Shown here piece by piece: positions 9,810 through 19,165 of a stretch of DNA of 64,000 bases; within the stretch, counting starts at the first letter, position 1; every line of letters begins with the position of its first letter. Position numbers and translations under genes: made by a program. The notes beneath the pieces are model-generated. The model ran no database searches. It was given only the letters and a program-made list of their open reading frames with translations, and was not told the origin of the DNA. The DNA is from an uncultured Verrucomicrobiae bacterium (GTDB lineage: Bacteria; Verrucomicrobiota; Verrucomicrobiia; Chthoniobacterales; UBA10450), in NCBI GenBank assembly GCA_963815455.1, contig CAWFGO010000001.1, forward strand, positions 832,001 through 896,000, given 5' to 3'.

Positions 9810-11147
9810 GTGCTCAATTACATTTGGCTCGCGCTGGTCTTGCTGGCAGTGGCGATTGGCGGCTGGAACGACCGATTCAAGGAGGTCACCGACGGAGCAT
9901 TTGATGGCGCGAAAACGGCGGTGACGATCGCCCTCGGGTTGATCGGGATCATGGCGTTGTGGCTGGGGGTGATGCGCCTGGCCGAGCGCGCCGGCCTGGT
10001 GCAACGGATCGCGCGCGGATTACGCCCCGTAATGCGCCGGCTTTTTCCCGATGTCCCGCCGGCGCACCCAGCCATGGGATCAATGCTCATGAACATGGCC
10101 GCGAACATGCTCGGCCTCGGCAATGCCGCCACTCCGCTCGGGTTGCGCGCGATGCGCGACCTGGAAACACTCAATCCGCGCCCCGGGGTCGCGACCAACG
10201 CGATGTGCACGTTTCTGGCAATCAACACCAGCTCCGTGCAATTGATTCCGGCCACGGCCATTGCCATTCTGGCCGCGGCAGGATCGACAAGGCCGACCGC
10301 GATTGTCGGCACCGCGTTGCTGGCAACGCTTTGCGCGGCGAGCGTGGCTGTTATTTCGGTTAAGCTGCTGGAGAAACTACCGATGTTTCGGCTATCGGAG
10401 CCTCGCACGAATGCCCACATCGAAACGAACAGCAAGGAGGCCGGGATCAACGAGCCCGGCTGCAAGATCGACGAGCCCCCGAAGCGACTGTCGATCCTCG
10501 GTTTGATCGCGCTGATCGCACTCTTCTTTCTCTTTATCGCGATTTTCCTGCGAATGGTGACGCCGAATCTTTTCGGTCTGCCGTTGTCACCCGAAGGGGC
10601 GACTCAGAACATCTTCGTTCGCAGCGTCAACGCATTGTCGATCCTGGCGATCCCGTTTCTCCTCAGTTTTTTTCCGCTGTACGCGACGGCGCGCGGCGTA
10701 AAGGTTTACGAGGAATTTGTCGAGGGCGCGAAAGAGGGCTTCGGAGTGATCCTGAAAATCATTCCGTTTCTGGTCACGATGCTGGTGGCGATCGGGATGT
10801 TCAAAGGCGCCGGTGGGATCGATCTGCTTAGCCGGGCGCTGTCGCCGATCCTGACGCCTTTGCATTTTCCGACCGATCTCCTCCCGTTGGCTTTGATGCG
10901 GCCTTTGAGTGGAAGCGCGACGCTGGCGCTTCTAACCGACATCGTTCATCGTCTCGGGCCGGATAACATCGTGAGTCTGACCGCGGCGACGATCTACGGC
11001 AGCACCGAGACGACCTTTTACGTGGCGGCGGTTTATTTCGGCGCAGTGGGTGTGAAGCAGACGCGTCATGCGATCCCAGCCGGGTTGCTGGCCGATCTCA
11101 CCGGTGTCGTTGCGTCGGTGATCGTTTGCCGGGCTGTTCTGGGCTGA
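9810..11147 (+). CDS. SpmA-SpmB fusion, nucleoside-recognition (Gate) domain membrane protein
   Basis: MLNYIW, ANMLGLGNAATPLGL.AM, NTSSVQL, YEEFVEGAKEG, RPLSGS, GSTETTFY. Confidence 0.9.
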   Translation: MLNYIWLALVLLAVAIGGWNDRFKEVTDGAFDGAKTAVTIALGLIGIMALWLGVMRLAERAGLVQRIARGLRPVMRRLFPDVPPAHPAMGSMLMNMAANMLGLGNAATPLGLRAMRDLETLNPRPGVATNAMCTFLAINTSSVQLIPATAIAILAAAGSTRPTAIVGTALLATLCAASVAVISVKLLEKLPMFRLSEPRTNAHIETNSKEAGINEPGCKIDEPPKRLSILGLIALIALFFLFIAIFLRMVTPNLFGLPLSPEGATQNIFVRSVNALSILAIPFLLSFFPLYATARGVKVYEEFVEGAKEGFGVILKIIPFLVTMLVAIGMFKGAGGIDLLSRALSPILTPLHFPTDLLPLALMRPLSGSATLALLTDIVHRLGPDNIVSLTAATIYGSTETTFYVAAVYFGAVGVKQTRHAIPAGLLADLTGVVASVIVCRAVLG

Positions 11148-11235
11148 ACGAGGGGTTCTAGGGGATAATCGGGCCGTATTAAAATTTTTGCCTCGCCATC
11201 CGGCGAGCGGTTTCTCTATCGTCCATCTTTTCGCA

Positions 11236-12417
11236 ATGATTCATCGCGACTACCTGATTATTGGCAGCGGCATTGGCGGCTTAAGCGCCTGCGAAGGAAT
11301 TCGGCGCCATGACAAGCGCGGTAGCATCACGCTGGTGGGCGCCGAGGCTTTTCATCCCTACAAGCGCTGGATTTTATCAAAGAGTTTTTTGCGCGAGAAA
11401 GTCGCGCCGGTCAAAAAGCTAAATGTTGCCGATCCCAGCTGGTACAAATCGCGCAAGATCGAGACCCGGCTCGGCACGATGGTGACCCAGTTCAATATTG
11501 AGCGCCGCCTGGCTGTGCTCGGCAACGGCGAAAGCATAGAGTTCAAGAAAGCCTGTTTGGCCATGGGGAGCAGACCGGTGCGGCCGCCTGTCGCCGGCGT
11601 CGGCCTGGGCAACGTGATTTACCTGCGCACCATGCGCGATGCCCTCGCATTAAGGGAAATGGCCGACGTGGAAAAAACCGTCGTGGTTGTCGGCGGCGGA
11701 TTGCTCGCCTGCGAGACGGCGGCGAGCCTTCGGCGCATGAAAATGAAGGTGAGCATGATGCACCGCAATTCTGCTCTGCTTAACCGCTATGTGGACCCCG
11801 AAACGGGGACCTGGTTGACCGAGTATTTCGCGAAGCACGGAGTAACGCTGTTAATGGGCGAGAGTCTCAATGGTTTTGAAGGCAAGACTGTGCTTCGCAA
11901 CATTCAAACGAAGAGTGGCAACCGGGTCCCGGCGGGACTGGCGGTGGTGGCCTGCGGAGGCGAGCCGAATCTCGACCTGGTGCGTGGCACTCCTCTTTCG
12001 GGACCGCACGGGTCACCGGTCACCGAGTTTCTCGAGACCGAGGAAAAAGGAATCTTTGCCGTGGGCGATCTGGCCTTTTATCCCGACCGAATGATGGGCG
12101 GCATGCGGCGGCAGACGCACTGGGAAAGCGCGCGCGAACAGGGCTTGATCGCGGGGGCAAACATGACCGGGAAAAAGCGGATACGCTACGAGCAGATTCC
12201 GTATTTCTGGACCGAGATGTTTGATTTGCGGATGAATTTCGTCGGCGACTTTAGCCTGCCTCCCACTCGAATCGACATCACCGGCCCGCGGACGAAAAAG
12301 AAATTCACCGCGCGATATTATCAAGGCGATAAGTTGCGTGCAATTTTGTTGTGCCAGCAAAAGCCACGCGACGTGGAATCCGCCAGGACCCAGCTGCGTC
12401 ACGCGCTCGGCAAGTAG
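11236..12417 (+). CDS. FAD-dependent pyridine nucleotide oxidoreductase (ferredoxin reductase-like)
   Basis: IIGSGIGG, VVGGG, FAVGDLA, PYFWTEMFD. Confidence 0.88.
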   Translation: MIHRDYLIIGSGIGGLSACEGIRRHDKRGSITLVGAEAFHPYKRWILSKSFLREKVAPVKKLNVADPSWYKSRKIETRLGTMVTQFNIERRLAVLGNGESIEFKKACLAMGSRPVRPPVAGVGLGNVIYLRTMRDALALREMADVEKTVVVVGGGLLACETAASLRRMKMKVSMMHRNSALLNRYVDPETGTWLTEYFAKHGVTLLMGESLNGFEGKTVLRNIQTKSGNRVPAGLAVVACGGEPNLDLVRGTPLSGPHGSPVTEFLETEEKGIFAVGDLAFYPDRMMGGMRRQTHWESAREQGLIAGANMTGKKRIRYEQIPYFWTEMFDLRMNFVGDFSLPPTRIDITGPRTKKKFTARYYQGDKLRAILLCQQKPRDVESARTQLRHALGK

Positions 12418-12432
12418 GCATAGATCGGTATT

Positions 12433-12927
12433 TCAATAGGCCGCGGCCGGGATCTCGAGCCCCGGGTTGCTGACGCGCACCAGTTTCCAATCCCACGGTT
12501 TTCCAGAGGCATGGCGCCATTCCAACTCGAAAAGAGTGGCCAGCGAATTGACCCGTTCGTTCAGGACGCTTGCGAGCTCGCCCGGACCGGCGTCGATGTC
12601 GATCTTTCCGGTCCACCGCGCGGTGCCCTTGTCGATTTGGACCGTGACGGAAGAGGAAATGATGCGCGTTTCGCGCAGGTAGCGAAACATCTCGCGGGTG
12701 CGTTTCAGTACGCGGGTGCGATCATGACCCCACTGGTCCTGATAATCGGCAGCAATCAAATTGTCGAGGCGATCCCAGTTCTTCCGCTCAATGGCTTGGA
12801 AAAGATTCTCCACATGCTTTCTGATCTGGCGTTCCGGCTGCCAAAGCCAAAGCAAGAAGATTCCCGAGAAAAGGGCGATGCCTAGGCCGCAATAGAGTCC
12901 ACCCCGAAATCCGGCCGGCATGACCAC
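12433..12927 (-). CDS. Membrane-anchored NTF2-like hypothetical protein
   Basis: N-terminal TM helix; AIERKNW..L..LIA.DY.D..G pattern. Confidence 0.6.
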   Translation of the reverse strand: MVMPAGFRGGLYCGLGIALFSGIFLLWLWQPERQIRKHVENLFQAIERKNWDRLDNLIAADYQDQWGHDRTRVLKRTREMFRYLRETRIISSSVTVQIDKGTARWTGKIDIDAGPGELASVLNERVNSLATLFELEWRHASGKPWDWKLVRVSNPGLEIPAAAY

Positions 12928-13163
12928 AAGCCTAGCTTAATCTTTGGCAGAAGCTTGGGTATTTCTCCGCACCCAAGGGACCGGCCAAGTTGTCGATTCT
13001 GACCGGGGTAAAAGCCCTCACTTAGGGGCACGGAGAGTGCTGATCAGAGCGTTGCCACGGTATGCTTGCTCTTGTCTCGTTCGCGCTCATCTCACTGTCG
13101 ATGCTGGTCTGTCTTTGCTGGGGAAGCAGGAACGATAGCGGGCAATCGTAACCAAACATATTT

Positions 13164-13970
13164 ATGCTGGACCACGAAGATTTGAAATGGATCGCGAGCA
13201 CATCCACGAGCTTGAATTCCATTCTGCAGCAAATTGCTCGTTACGGGGACCTGGCCCAGCGCCACAAAGGCGAACACCATTATCTCGATCTGTTAGGCGA
13301 GCGAATCGAGCTTGGATCGAAAACTGCGCAGGCACTTTTTGACAGGGTGACCTCAAAGATCCTCGCCCAGACGGCTGCTAAATCCGCCGCGCCCACCGGG
13401 CCGCATCCGACGTTCAGCGTCGTGCCGCCTCCGATCGCCACGGTTCCGCCACGGCCATCCGGAAGCGGCGCTGTCATGTTTCCGGGCGAGACAAAAAGAG
13501 ACCCCGCCGCGGCGGGCTCGTCACGATCAGCAGTTGTCGAAGCGAGCGTCTCGCAGGAAATCAAAGTCCGAAATCCTAAGGGCAATCGCGAGTACATCCT
13601 CATCGTGGAGGACAATATCGACGTCGCCGAGCTCGCGGTCGAGATGCTGGCGGCGGAAGGATACAAATTGATCGTGGCCCACGATGGGTTTGAGGCATTG
13701 GAAATTTATCAAAAAATGGGCAAGCAGATCGGCCTCGTCATTCTCGATTTCTTTCTTCCGGTCATGGATGGCGACGCGGTATTCGACGAGCTGCGCGCGC
13801 TGAATCCAAATATTAACGTGGTATTGAGCAGTGGCTTCGCCGAGCAGGAGAAAATCAGCGCGATGCTGGCGAAAGGGCTGCGCGGCTTTATTCCCAAGCC
13901 CTATTCGACCGAGAAACTGCTGACCCAGGTGCGCTCCACGCTGGATGCGCCCCGGCAGGCACTGCGTTGA
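13164..13970 (+). CDS. Response regulator receiver protein with N-terminal helical (DHp-like) extension
   Basis: C-terminal ILIVED..VILDFFLPVMDG..SSGF..FIPKPY; Pro/Ala-rich linker. Confidence 0.85.
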   Translation: MLDHEDLKWIASTSTSLNSILQQIARYGDLAQRHKGEHHYLDLLGERIELGSKTAQALFDRVTSKILAQTAAKSAAPTGPHPTFSVVPPPIATVPPRPSGSGAVMFPGETKRDPAAAGSSRSAVVEASVSQEIKVRNPKGNREYILIVEDNIDVAELAVEMLAAEGYKLIVAHDGFEALEIYQKMGKQIGLVILDFFLPVMDGDAVFDELRALNPNINVVLSSGFAEQEKISAMLAKGLRGFIPKPYSTEKLLTQVRSTLDAPRQALR

Positions 13971-14030
13971 AAACCGGCGGAGCATTGCCGGCCGGCCGGC
14001 CCGGTTACGGCCGGCTCCGAATCGGTCACT

Positions 14031-14047
14031 TTGGCATCGATTTAGCT
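14031..14047 (+). promoter_or_regulatory. Putative sigma-54 (-24/-12) promoter of pilT
   Basis: TTGGCATCGATTTAGCT: GG and GC separated by 10 nt; ends 20 nt before the pilT ATG. Confidence 0.5.
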
Positions 14048-14067
14048 TTAAAAGCACACGGAACTCC

Positions 14068-15150
14068 ATGTCTCGCATTGACGCCTTTTTCAAATTGATG
14101 GCCGAGCAGAAGGCCTCCGATCTGCATCTGTCCACTGGCAATCCGCCAATGCTCCGCATCAATGGCGACCTCGTCCGGGTGGATTTTCCCCCTCTGAACA
14201 ACGACGAACTCAAGGCGATGGTTTACGAGATCGCCCCCGAGGGAAAAATAAAAGTCTTCGAGGAGACCTCGGATGTCGATTTTGGATACGAAGTGCCCGG
14301 CGTCGCCCGTTATCGCGCGAATTTCTTCCAGCAAAAATACGGCATCTCCGCTTGCTTCCGCGCCATTCCGTCCAACGTCCAAACGGTCGAGGAATTGGGA
14401 CTGCCACCCGTCTTGAAAAAATTCCCGATGCTCAAAAAGGGGCTCATTCTTGTGACCGGACCGACCGGTTCTGGCAAATCGACCACCCTGGCGGCAATGG
14501 TCGATTACGCCAACTTGAAACGACAGGATCACATCATCACGGTTGAAGATCCAATCGAATTCGTTCATCGCAGCCAGAATTGCCTGGTCCAGCACCGCGA
14601 AGTGGGCGTTCACACCCGGTCTTTCGCCTCGGCCTTGCGCGGGGCATTGCGCGAGGACCCCGATATTCTCCTCGTCGGCGAATTGCGCGATCTGGAAACG
14701 ATCGAACTCGCACTTACCGCAGCGGCCACCGGTCATCTTGTTTTCGGGACGCTGCATACTTCCAGCGCTTCCAAGGCGGTGGACCGCGTCATCGACGTTT
14801 TCCCGACCAACCAGCAAAACCAAATCCGCGCCACGCTGGCTGAATCGCTCAAAGGCGTGATCGCTCAAAATTTATTCAAACGCATCGACAAACCGGGTCG
14901 GACCGCGGCCCTGGAAATTCTGGTTGTCGATATGGCCATCGCCAACCTCGTTCGGGAAGGAAAAACGCACCAAATCCCTGGCATGATCCAGGTCGGCAAG
15001 AAAAAGGGAAATCAACCGCTCGACGACGCGATCATGGACCACCTGCGCAATATGCGGATCACGCCCGAAGAAGCCTACGACAAGTCGATCGACAAGAAAA
15101 AGTTCCGCCAGTTTTTGAAAGAACCTCCATTGGATGCCTCCGAAGAATAA
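14068..15150 (+). CDS. pilT: Type IV pilus retraction ATPase PilT
   Basis: ASDLHL, GPTGSGKSTT, EDPIE, LREDPD, TGHLVFGTLHT, AIANLVRE. Confidence 0.95.
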   Translation: MSRIDAFFKLMAEQKASDLHLSTGNPPMLRINGDLVRVDFPPLNNDELKAMVYEIAPEGKIKVFEETSDVDFGYEVPGVARYRANFFQQKYGISACFRAIPSNVQTVEELGLPPVLKKFPMLKKGLILVTGPTGSGKSTTLAAMVDYANLKRQDHIITVEDPIEFVHRSQNCLVQHREVGVHTRSFASALRGALREDPDILLVGELRDLETIELALTAAATGHLVFGTLHTSSASKAVDRVIDVFPTNQQNQIRATLAESLKGVIAQNLFKRIDKPGRTAALEILVVDMAIANLVREGKTHQIPGMIQVGKKKGNQPLDDAIMDHLRNMRITPEEAYDKSIDKKKFRQFLKEPPLDASEE

Positions 15151-15159
15151 AGCAACACC

Positions 15160-16326
15160 ATGAGAATACCGGACCTGGACAAAATCCTATCGGCGATGCT
15201 GAAAACGTACGACGGCATCTCGGATCTCAATTTTTCGGTAGGCCGGCCGCTTCAAGTCGAAGATTTCGGCGAACTGAAACAGGTCTTTGTCGATCCTCCC
15301 ATCGAGGCGCTCACGCCCTATCAGACGGAGCAGATCGCCCTCACGCTCATGCGCGGGAATCGCCGTTTGATTTACGATTATCTCACCGGTGGCTCATGCG
15401 ATTGCAGTTACTCGCTCAATGACGAGGCCCGTTTTCGTATCAGTATTTTCCGTCAACAAGGACACTTTTCCATCGTGCTTCGAAAATTGTACGGAGAGGT
15501 CCCGAGCGTTCAGAGCCTGGGACTTCCTTCCATTTTCCATGAAGTAGCCAAGGAGAGAACCGGACTCGTCCTCGTGACTGGCTCGACCGGAAGCGGCAAG
15601 ACGACCACCCTGGCCGCGGTGCTCAACGAGATCAACGAAACGCAGCCGGTCCACGTCATTACCCTTGAGGATCCGATCGAGTTTGTTCACCCGAGGCGCG
15701 TCGCTACTTTTAACCAGCGAGAGCTCGGACACGATTTTAACAATTATCCAAACGGATTGCGCGCCGCGTTGCGCCAGGCGCCCAAGGTTATTCTTGTGGG
15801 CGAAATGCGCGACCGGGCCACGGTCGAAGTCGCGCTCATGGCAGCGGAAACGGGTCATCTGGTTCTCAGCACGTTGCACACGATTGACGCCGGCCAGTCA
15901 ATTAACCGTATCCTTGGTCTCTTTTCCGTAGGCGAAGAAAAGCAGTTGCGGATCCGCTTGGCCGATACGCTGCGCTACATTATCAGCCAGCGGCTGGCCC
16001 CCAAGGTCGGCGGGGGCCGGCATCTACTAACGGAAGTCCTCGGGCACAACTTGCGCACCCAGGAAGCGATTGCGCTCGGCGAAGGCGAGCACCGCAGTTT
16101 TTATGAGATCATCGAGGCGAGTTCGCCGTTTGGCTGGATGACGTTCGACCAATCGATTCTCAATGCCTACGAAAACGATCTGATTAGCGAAGAGACGGCA
16201 AGATTGTTTGCTACACGCAAAGGCCGCATCGCCCGCGGCATCGATCTGATCCAGAAAGCCCGCGGAATGGACACCGATATCGATTCGGGCCTGCGACTCG
16301 ATTTACCGGAGAACGCTTTTTTGTAA
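15160..16326 (+). CDS. PilT/PilU-family ATPase paralog
   Basis: GSTGSGKTTT, EDPIE, LRQAPKVILVGEMRD, TGHLVLSTLHT, MTFDQ. Confidence 0.9.
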   Translation: MRIPDLDKILSAMLKTYDGISDLNFSVGRPLQVEDFGELKQVFVDPPIEALTPYQTEQIALTLMRGNRRLIYDYLTGGSCDCSYSLNDEARFRISIFRQQGHFSIVLRKLYGEVPSVQSLGLPSIFHEVAKERTGLVLVTGSTGSGKTTTLAAVLNEINETQPVHVITLEDPIEFVHPRRVATFNQRELGHDFNNYPNGLRAALRQAPKVILVGEMRDRATVEVALMAAETGHLVLSTLHTIDAGQSINRILGLFSVGEEKQLRIRLADTLRYIISQRLAPKVGGGRHLLTEVLGHNLRTQEAIALGEGEHRSFYEIIEASSPFGWMTFDQSILNAYENDLISEETARLFATRKGRIARGIDLIQKARGMDTDIDSGLRLDLPENAFL

Positions 16327-16337
16327 ACGCTTACGAC

Positions 16338-16805
16338 ATGGAACAAGAATCCGAATCAACGTTTCTCGATCTCGGCGACCACACCGCGCTGGTCTGCATC
16401 GATCACCAGCAATACCAGAAGATCATCGTCCCGCAGCTCATTGATCTCACCTACAAGGTGCATCTGGGCCTGTTTGAAGAGGACGTAGTTCTCAAGCTCC
16501 AGACCTATAGTTACGACATCGTTGTGGTTTACGAGAATTTCAAAAATTCCACTCTCGAGACCAACCCTCTTCTCCGCGAGATCCGTCGGCAGCCGGACCT
16601 GCAGCGCCGCGAACATTTTGTTATCCTGCTTAGCCACCGCTTTGCCACTAACGACGCCATGAGCGCGTTCGTCCAAAGTGTCGATCAGATCATTAACGTC
16701 GCCGATCTGGCCAATTTCAAGCCCGTCGTCCGACGCGGAATCGCCCAGCATCGGGAGCTGTATCAGTCGTTTAACGAGATGTTGAAGAGCGTTCAAGCGC
16801 TCTAA
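16338..16805 (+). CDS. Hypothetical protein, CheY-like pseudoreceiver fold
   Basis: TALVC..., YDIVVVYENF, RRE.FVILLS..F.T.D.M.AF pattern; follows the pilT pair closely. Confidence 0.6.
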   Translation: MEQESESTFLDLGDHTALVCIDHQQYQKIIVPQLIDLTYKVHLGLFEEDVVLKLQTYSYDIVVVYENFKNSTLETNPLLREIRRQPDLQRREHFVILLSHRFATNDAMSAFVQSVDQIINVADLANFKPVVRRGIAQHRELYQSFNEMLKSVQAL

Positions 16806-16814
16806 ATTTCAGCC

Positions 16815-18212
16815 TTACCCCGCATCACGCGCGTACCAGTCCACCCGGCGGGTGACATACATCACCACCGCCAGCACGATGAAAAGGGCGATCGCGCCCA
16901 TCAACAGAGCATAATCCTGTTGCCGCAGCGTGATGTAGAGAAACGTGTAAACACCCGCCAGACCCGCGCCGATCACCAAAGTTCGGGCGCCGCCACCGAG
17001 GAAAAATCGGCAATACCACGTGATCAGAATTGTCGATGCAACTGCCGCGATCAGGTAAGCCCAGCCGAATCCGATAAACTCGGAGATCGACAACAGCAGT
17101 AGATAAAACAGGCACAGGGCGGCGCCGACCATCAGGTATTGGAACGGATGAATTTTCTGCCGGGCCGTGACTTCGAACAGGAAGAATGTCGTAAAAACAA
17201 GCACCAGAAAGAGCACGCCGTATTTGATCGAGCGCTCGACATAACGATAAGCGTCGAGGATCGACAAGAACTGGGCGCCGAAAAACGATTCCGAAACCGC
17301 GCTGGTGGTGAACCGCTCGTTGCCGGCGCGGCTCGTCCACGATTGCGGATAATTGCGCCCGTAATAGGAAACTTTCCACTTGGCATCGAACCCATCCGAA
17401 CGAACCGAGCGTTCGGCCGGCAGAAACGCGCCCCGAAATCCGGGATCGGGCCAGTTCGATTTTAGCGTCGCCTCATTTTGCACGCCGAACGGCGCGAAGA
17501 AAATCCCGTCGCTCCCATTGAAATCGAGTGGAATCGAAAATTGAATCTCGCTCGTTATCGGCCCGGCGCCGGCAAGGGACGCGGTCGCACCGGTCGTATA
17601 TCCGGGAACCTGCGAGCCGGGCAGCAGCGGACGCTTGGTGCCGCCCCAATCGAGCACGATGGCGTCGCGGGTGCCGCGCAAATCGTTGATCGCAATCGTG
17701 ACAAAGGCGTCTTTCCATTGCACATCCTTGATGTCGATCTTGAGCGAACCGAAATCGGGCGGAACAAACTTGCCCGAAAGCGTAACCTGCGCGCGAAACA
17801 CAGCTGCTTCGTAAATCCCCCGATACAAGGTTTGGGTCTGGGCGTCGCCGGTGATGCTGAGGGTTTCCGGAAGAAAATATGCGTTTGCTGTCGCGGTCTC
17901 CTCCACTTCGCGCCGTTCCATTTTTCCATCCGGCCCGGCCATTTCCTTCACGGCTTTAAACTTGTACTGATACGGAATCCCTAGCACCGGCCCGATGACA
18001 TTTTGCTCTCGTCCCCACGACGCCGTGATATCGGTGACCGCTTCGTTGCGCCGCTGCAACCGGTCGCTCAACACGCCGGTGATTAGACCAAGCGGAATCA
18101 ATAACACCAGAACAAGCACGCCGACCCCGAGCAACTTGATAATGGTGCTATTGCGCTTCCCAAATGACGGCTGCGATTTCGGTAACGGCGGCGGAGCTTG
18201 CGTTTCGGCCAT
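16815..18212 (-). CDS. creD: Inner membrane protein CreD
   Basis: LYRGIY, SNWPDPGF.G.FLP, YRYVERSIKYG, IHPFQYL.VG, YALLMG. Confidence 0.93.
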   Translation of the reverse strand: MAETQAPPPLPKSQPSFGKRNSTIIKLLGVGVLVLVLLIPLGLITGVLSDRLQRRNEAVTDITASWGREQNVIGPVLGIPYQYKFKAVKEMAGPDGKMERREVEETATANAYFLPETLSITGDAQTQTLYRGIYEAAVFRAQVTLSGKFVPPDFGSLKIDIKDVQWKDAFVTIAINDLRGTRDAIVLDWGGTKRPLLPGSQVPGYTTGATASLAGAGPITSEIQFSIPLDFNGSDGIFFAPFGVQNEATLKSNWPDPGFRGAFLPAERSVRSDGFDAKWKVSYYGRNYPQSWTSRAGNERFTTSAVSESFFGAQFLSILDAYRYVERSIKYGVLFLVLVFTTFFLFEVTARQKIHPFQYLMVGAALCLFYLLLLSISEFIGFGWAYLIAAVASTILITWYCRFFLGGGARTLVIGAGLAGVYTFLYITLRQQDYALLMGAIALFIVLAVVMYVTRRVDWYARDAG

Positions 18213-18247
18213 GCGCGGAGTTTGAATGAATCAACGCGCTACAATCA

Positions 18248-19095
18248 ATGAAACTTCTTAGCCTCCACCCGACTCGCACAGGATCGACATCCGGCGTGGC
18301 ATTTTTCTTTCTCGTCACTTGTCACTGGCACTGGTCACTGTTTTTGCCGCCGAGCCGATGGCGAAAGGCATTCAGGACAACTCGTTCCTGGTCGAAGAGG
18401 CCTACAATCAGGAGGCGGGCGTCGTTCAGCACATCATTAACGTGCCGATCTCCTTCACGCGCGGGCACGCTGAAACTAGCCCGAGTTTCACCCAGGAGTG
18501 GCCCGTATTCGGTCAGACACACCAACTTTCCTACACGCTCCCATATGTTTTTAACGGAGATGACGATGGATTCGCCGATATCCGGCTCAATTACCGATTG
18601 CAGGCCCTGATGGAAGACGAACGTATTCCGGCATTCGCACCGCGCTTTTCCTGGTGCTTCCTGCCGGCGACGAGGACAAAGGGTTCGGTCCCGGCCGGGT
18701 CGGCTACGAAATCAATCTCCCGTTTAGCAAAATCATAAGCGATCGCTGGACGGTCCATTTCAATGCCGGCGATGTCGATCTTCCCGGATGTGCGCGGCCA
18801 CGATCTGCTGAACTACAATCTCGGCGCCAGCGCGATCTACGCCGTTAGCCGCGATTTCAATCTCATGCTCGAGACCGTTGCCGGCTGGGAAGAAGATGTC
18901 GATCCTGCGCGCCGCCTCACCCGGACAACGGCCGCGCTCATTTCGCCGGGCGCGCGATACGCCTTTAATCGCCCGGGCCAATTGCAAATCGTGGCCGGCG
19001 TCGCCGTGCCTCTGGGTCTCACCTCCGATTCGCCCGACTGGGGATTGTTCTTTTATCTGTCGTTCGAGCACCCATTCGTGGGCAGCTCCAGATAG
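18248..19095 (+). CDS. Putative outer-membrane beta-barrel 'transporter' (MetA-pathway-like), frameshifted in this sequence
   Basis: Signal peptide, IQDNSFLVEEAYNQE.GVVQHI, C-terminal FYLSFEHPF; pieced from three or more frames. Confidence 0.7.
18311..18340. repeat. Heptamer tandem array (CTNGTCA class) within the signal-peptide coding region
   Basis: ctcgtca cttgtca ctgg-ca ctggtca ctg. Confidence 0.75.
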
Positions 19096-19165
19096 AGGCA
19101 CGAAACGATTTCTGAATCCAAATCGACCCGTTCCCGCATCTTAATGAAAACAAACCGAGGTTTTC

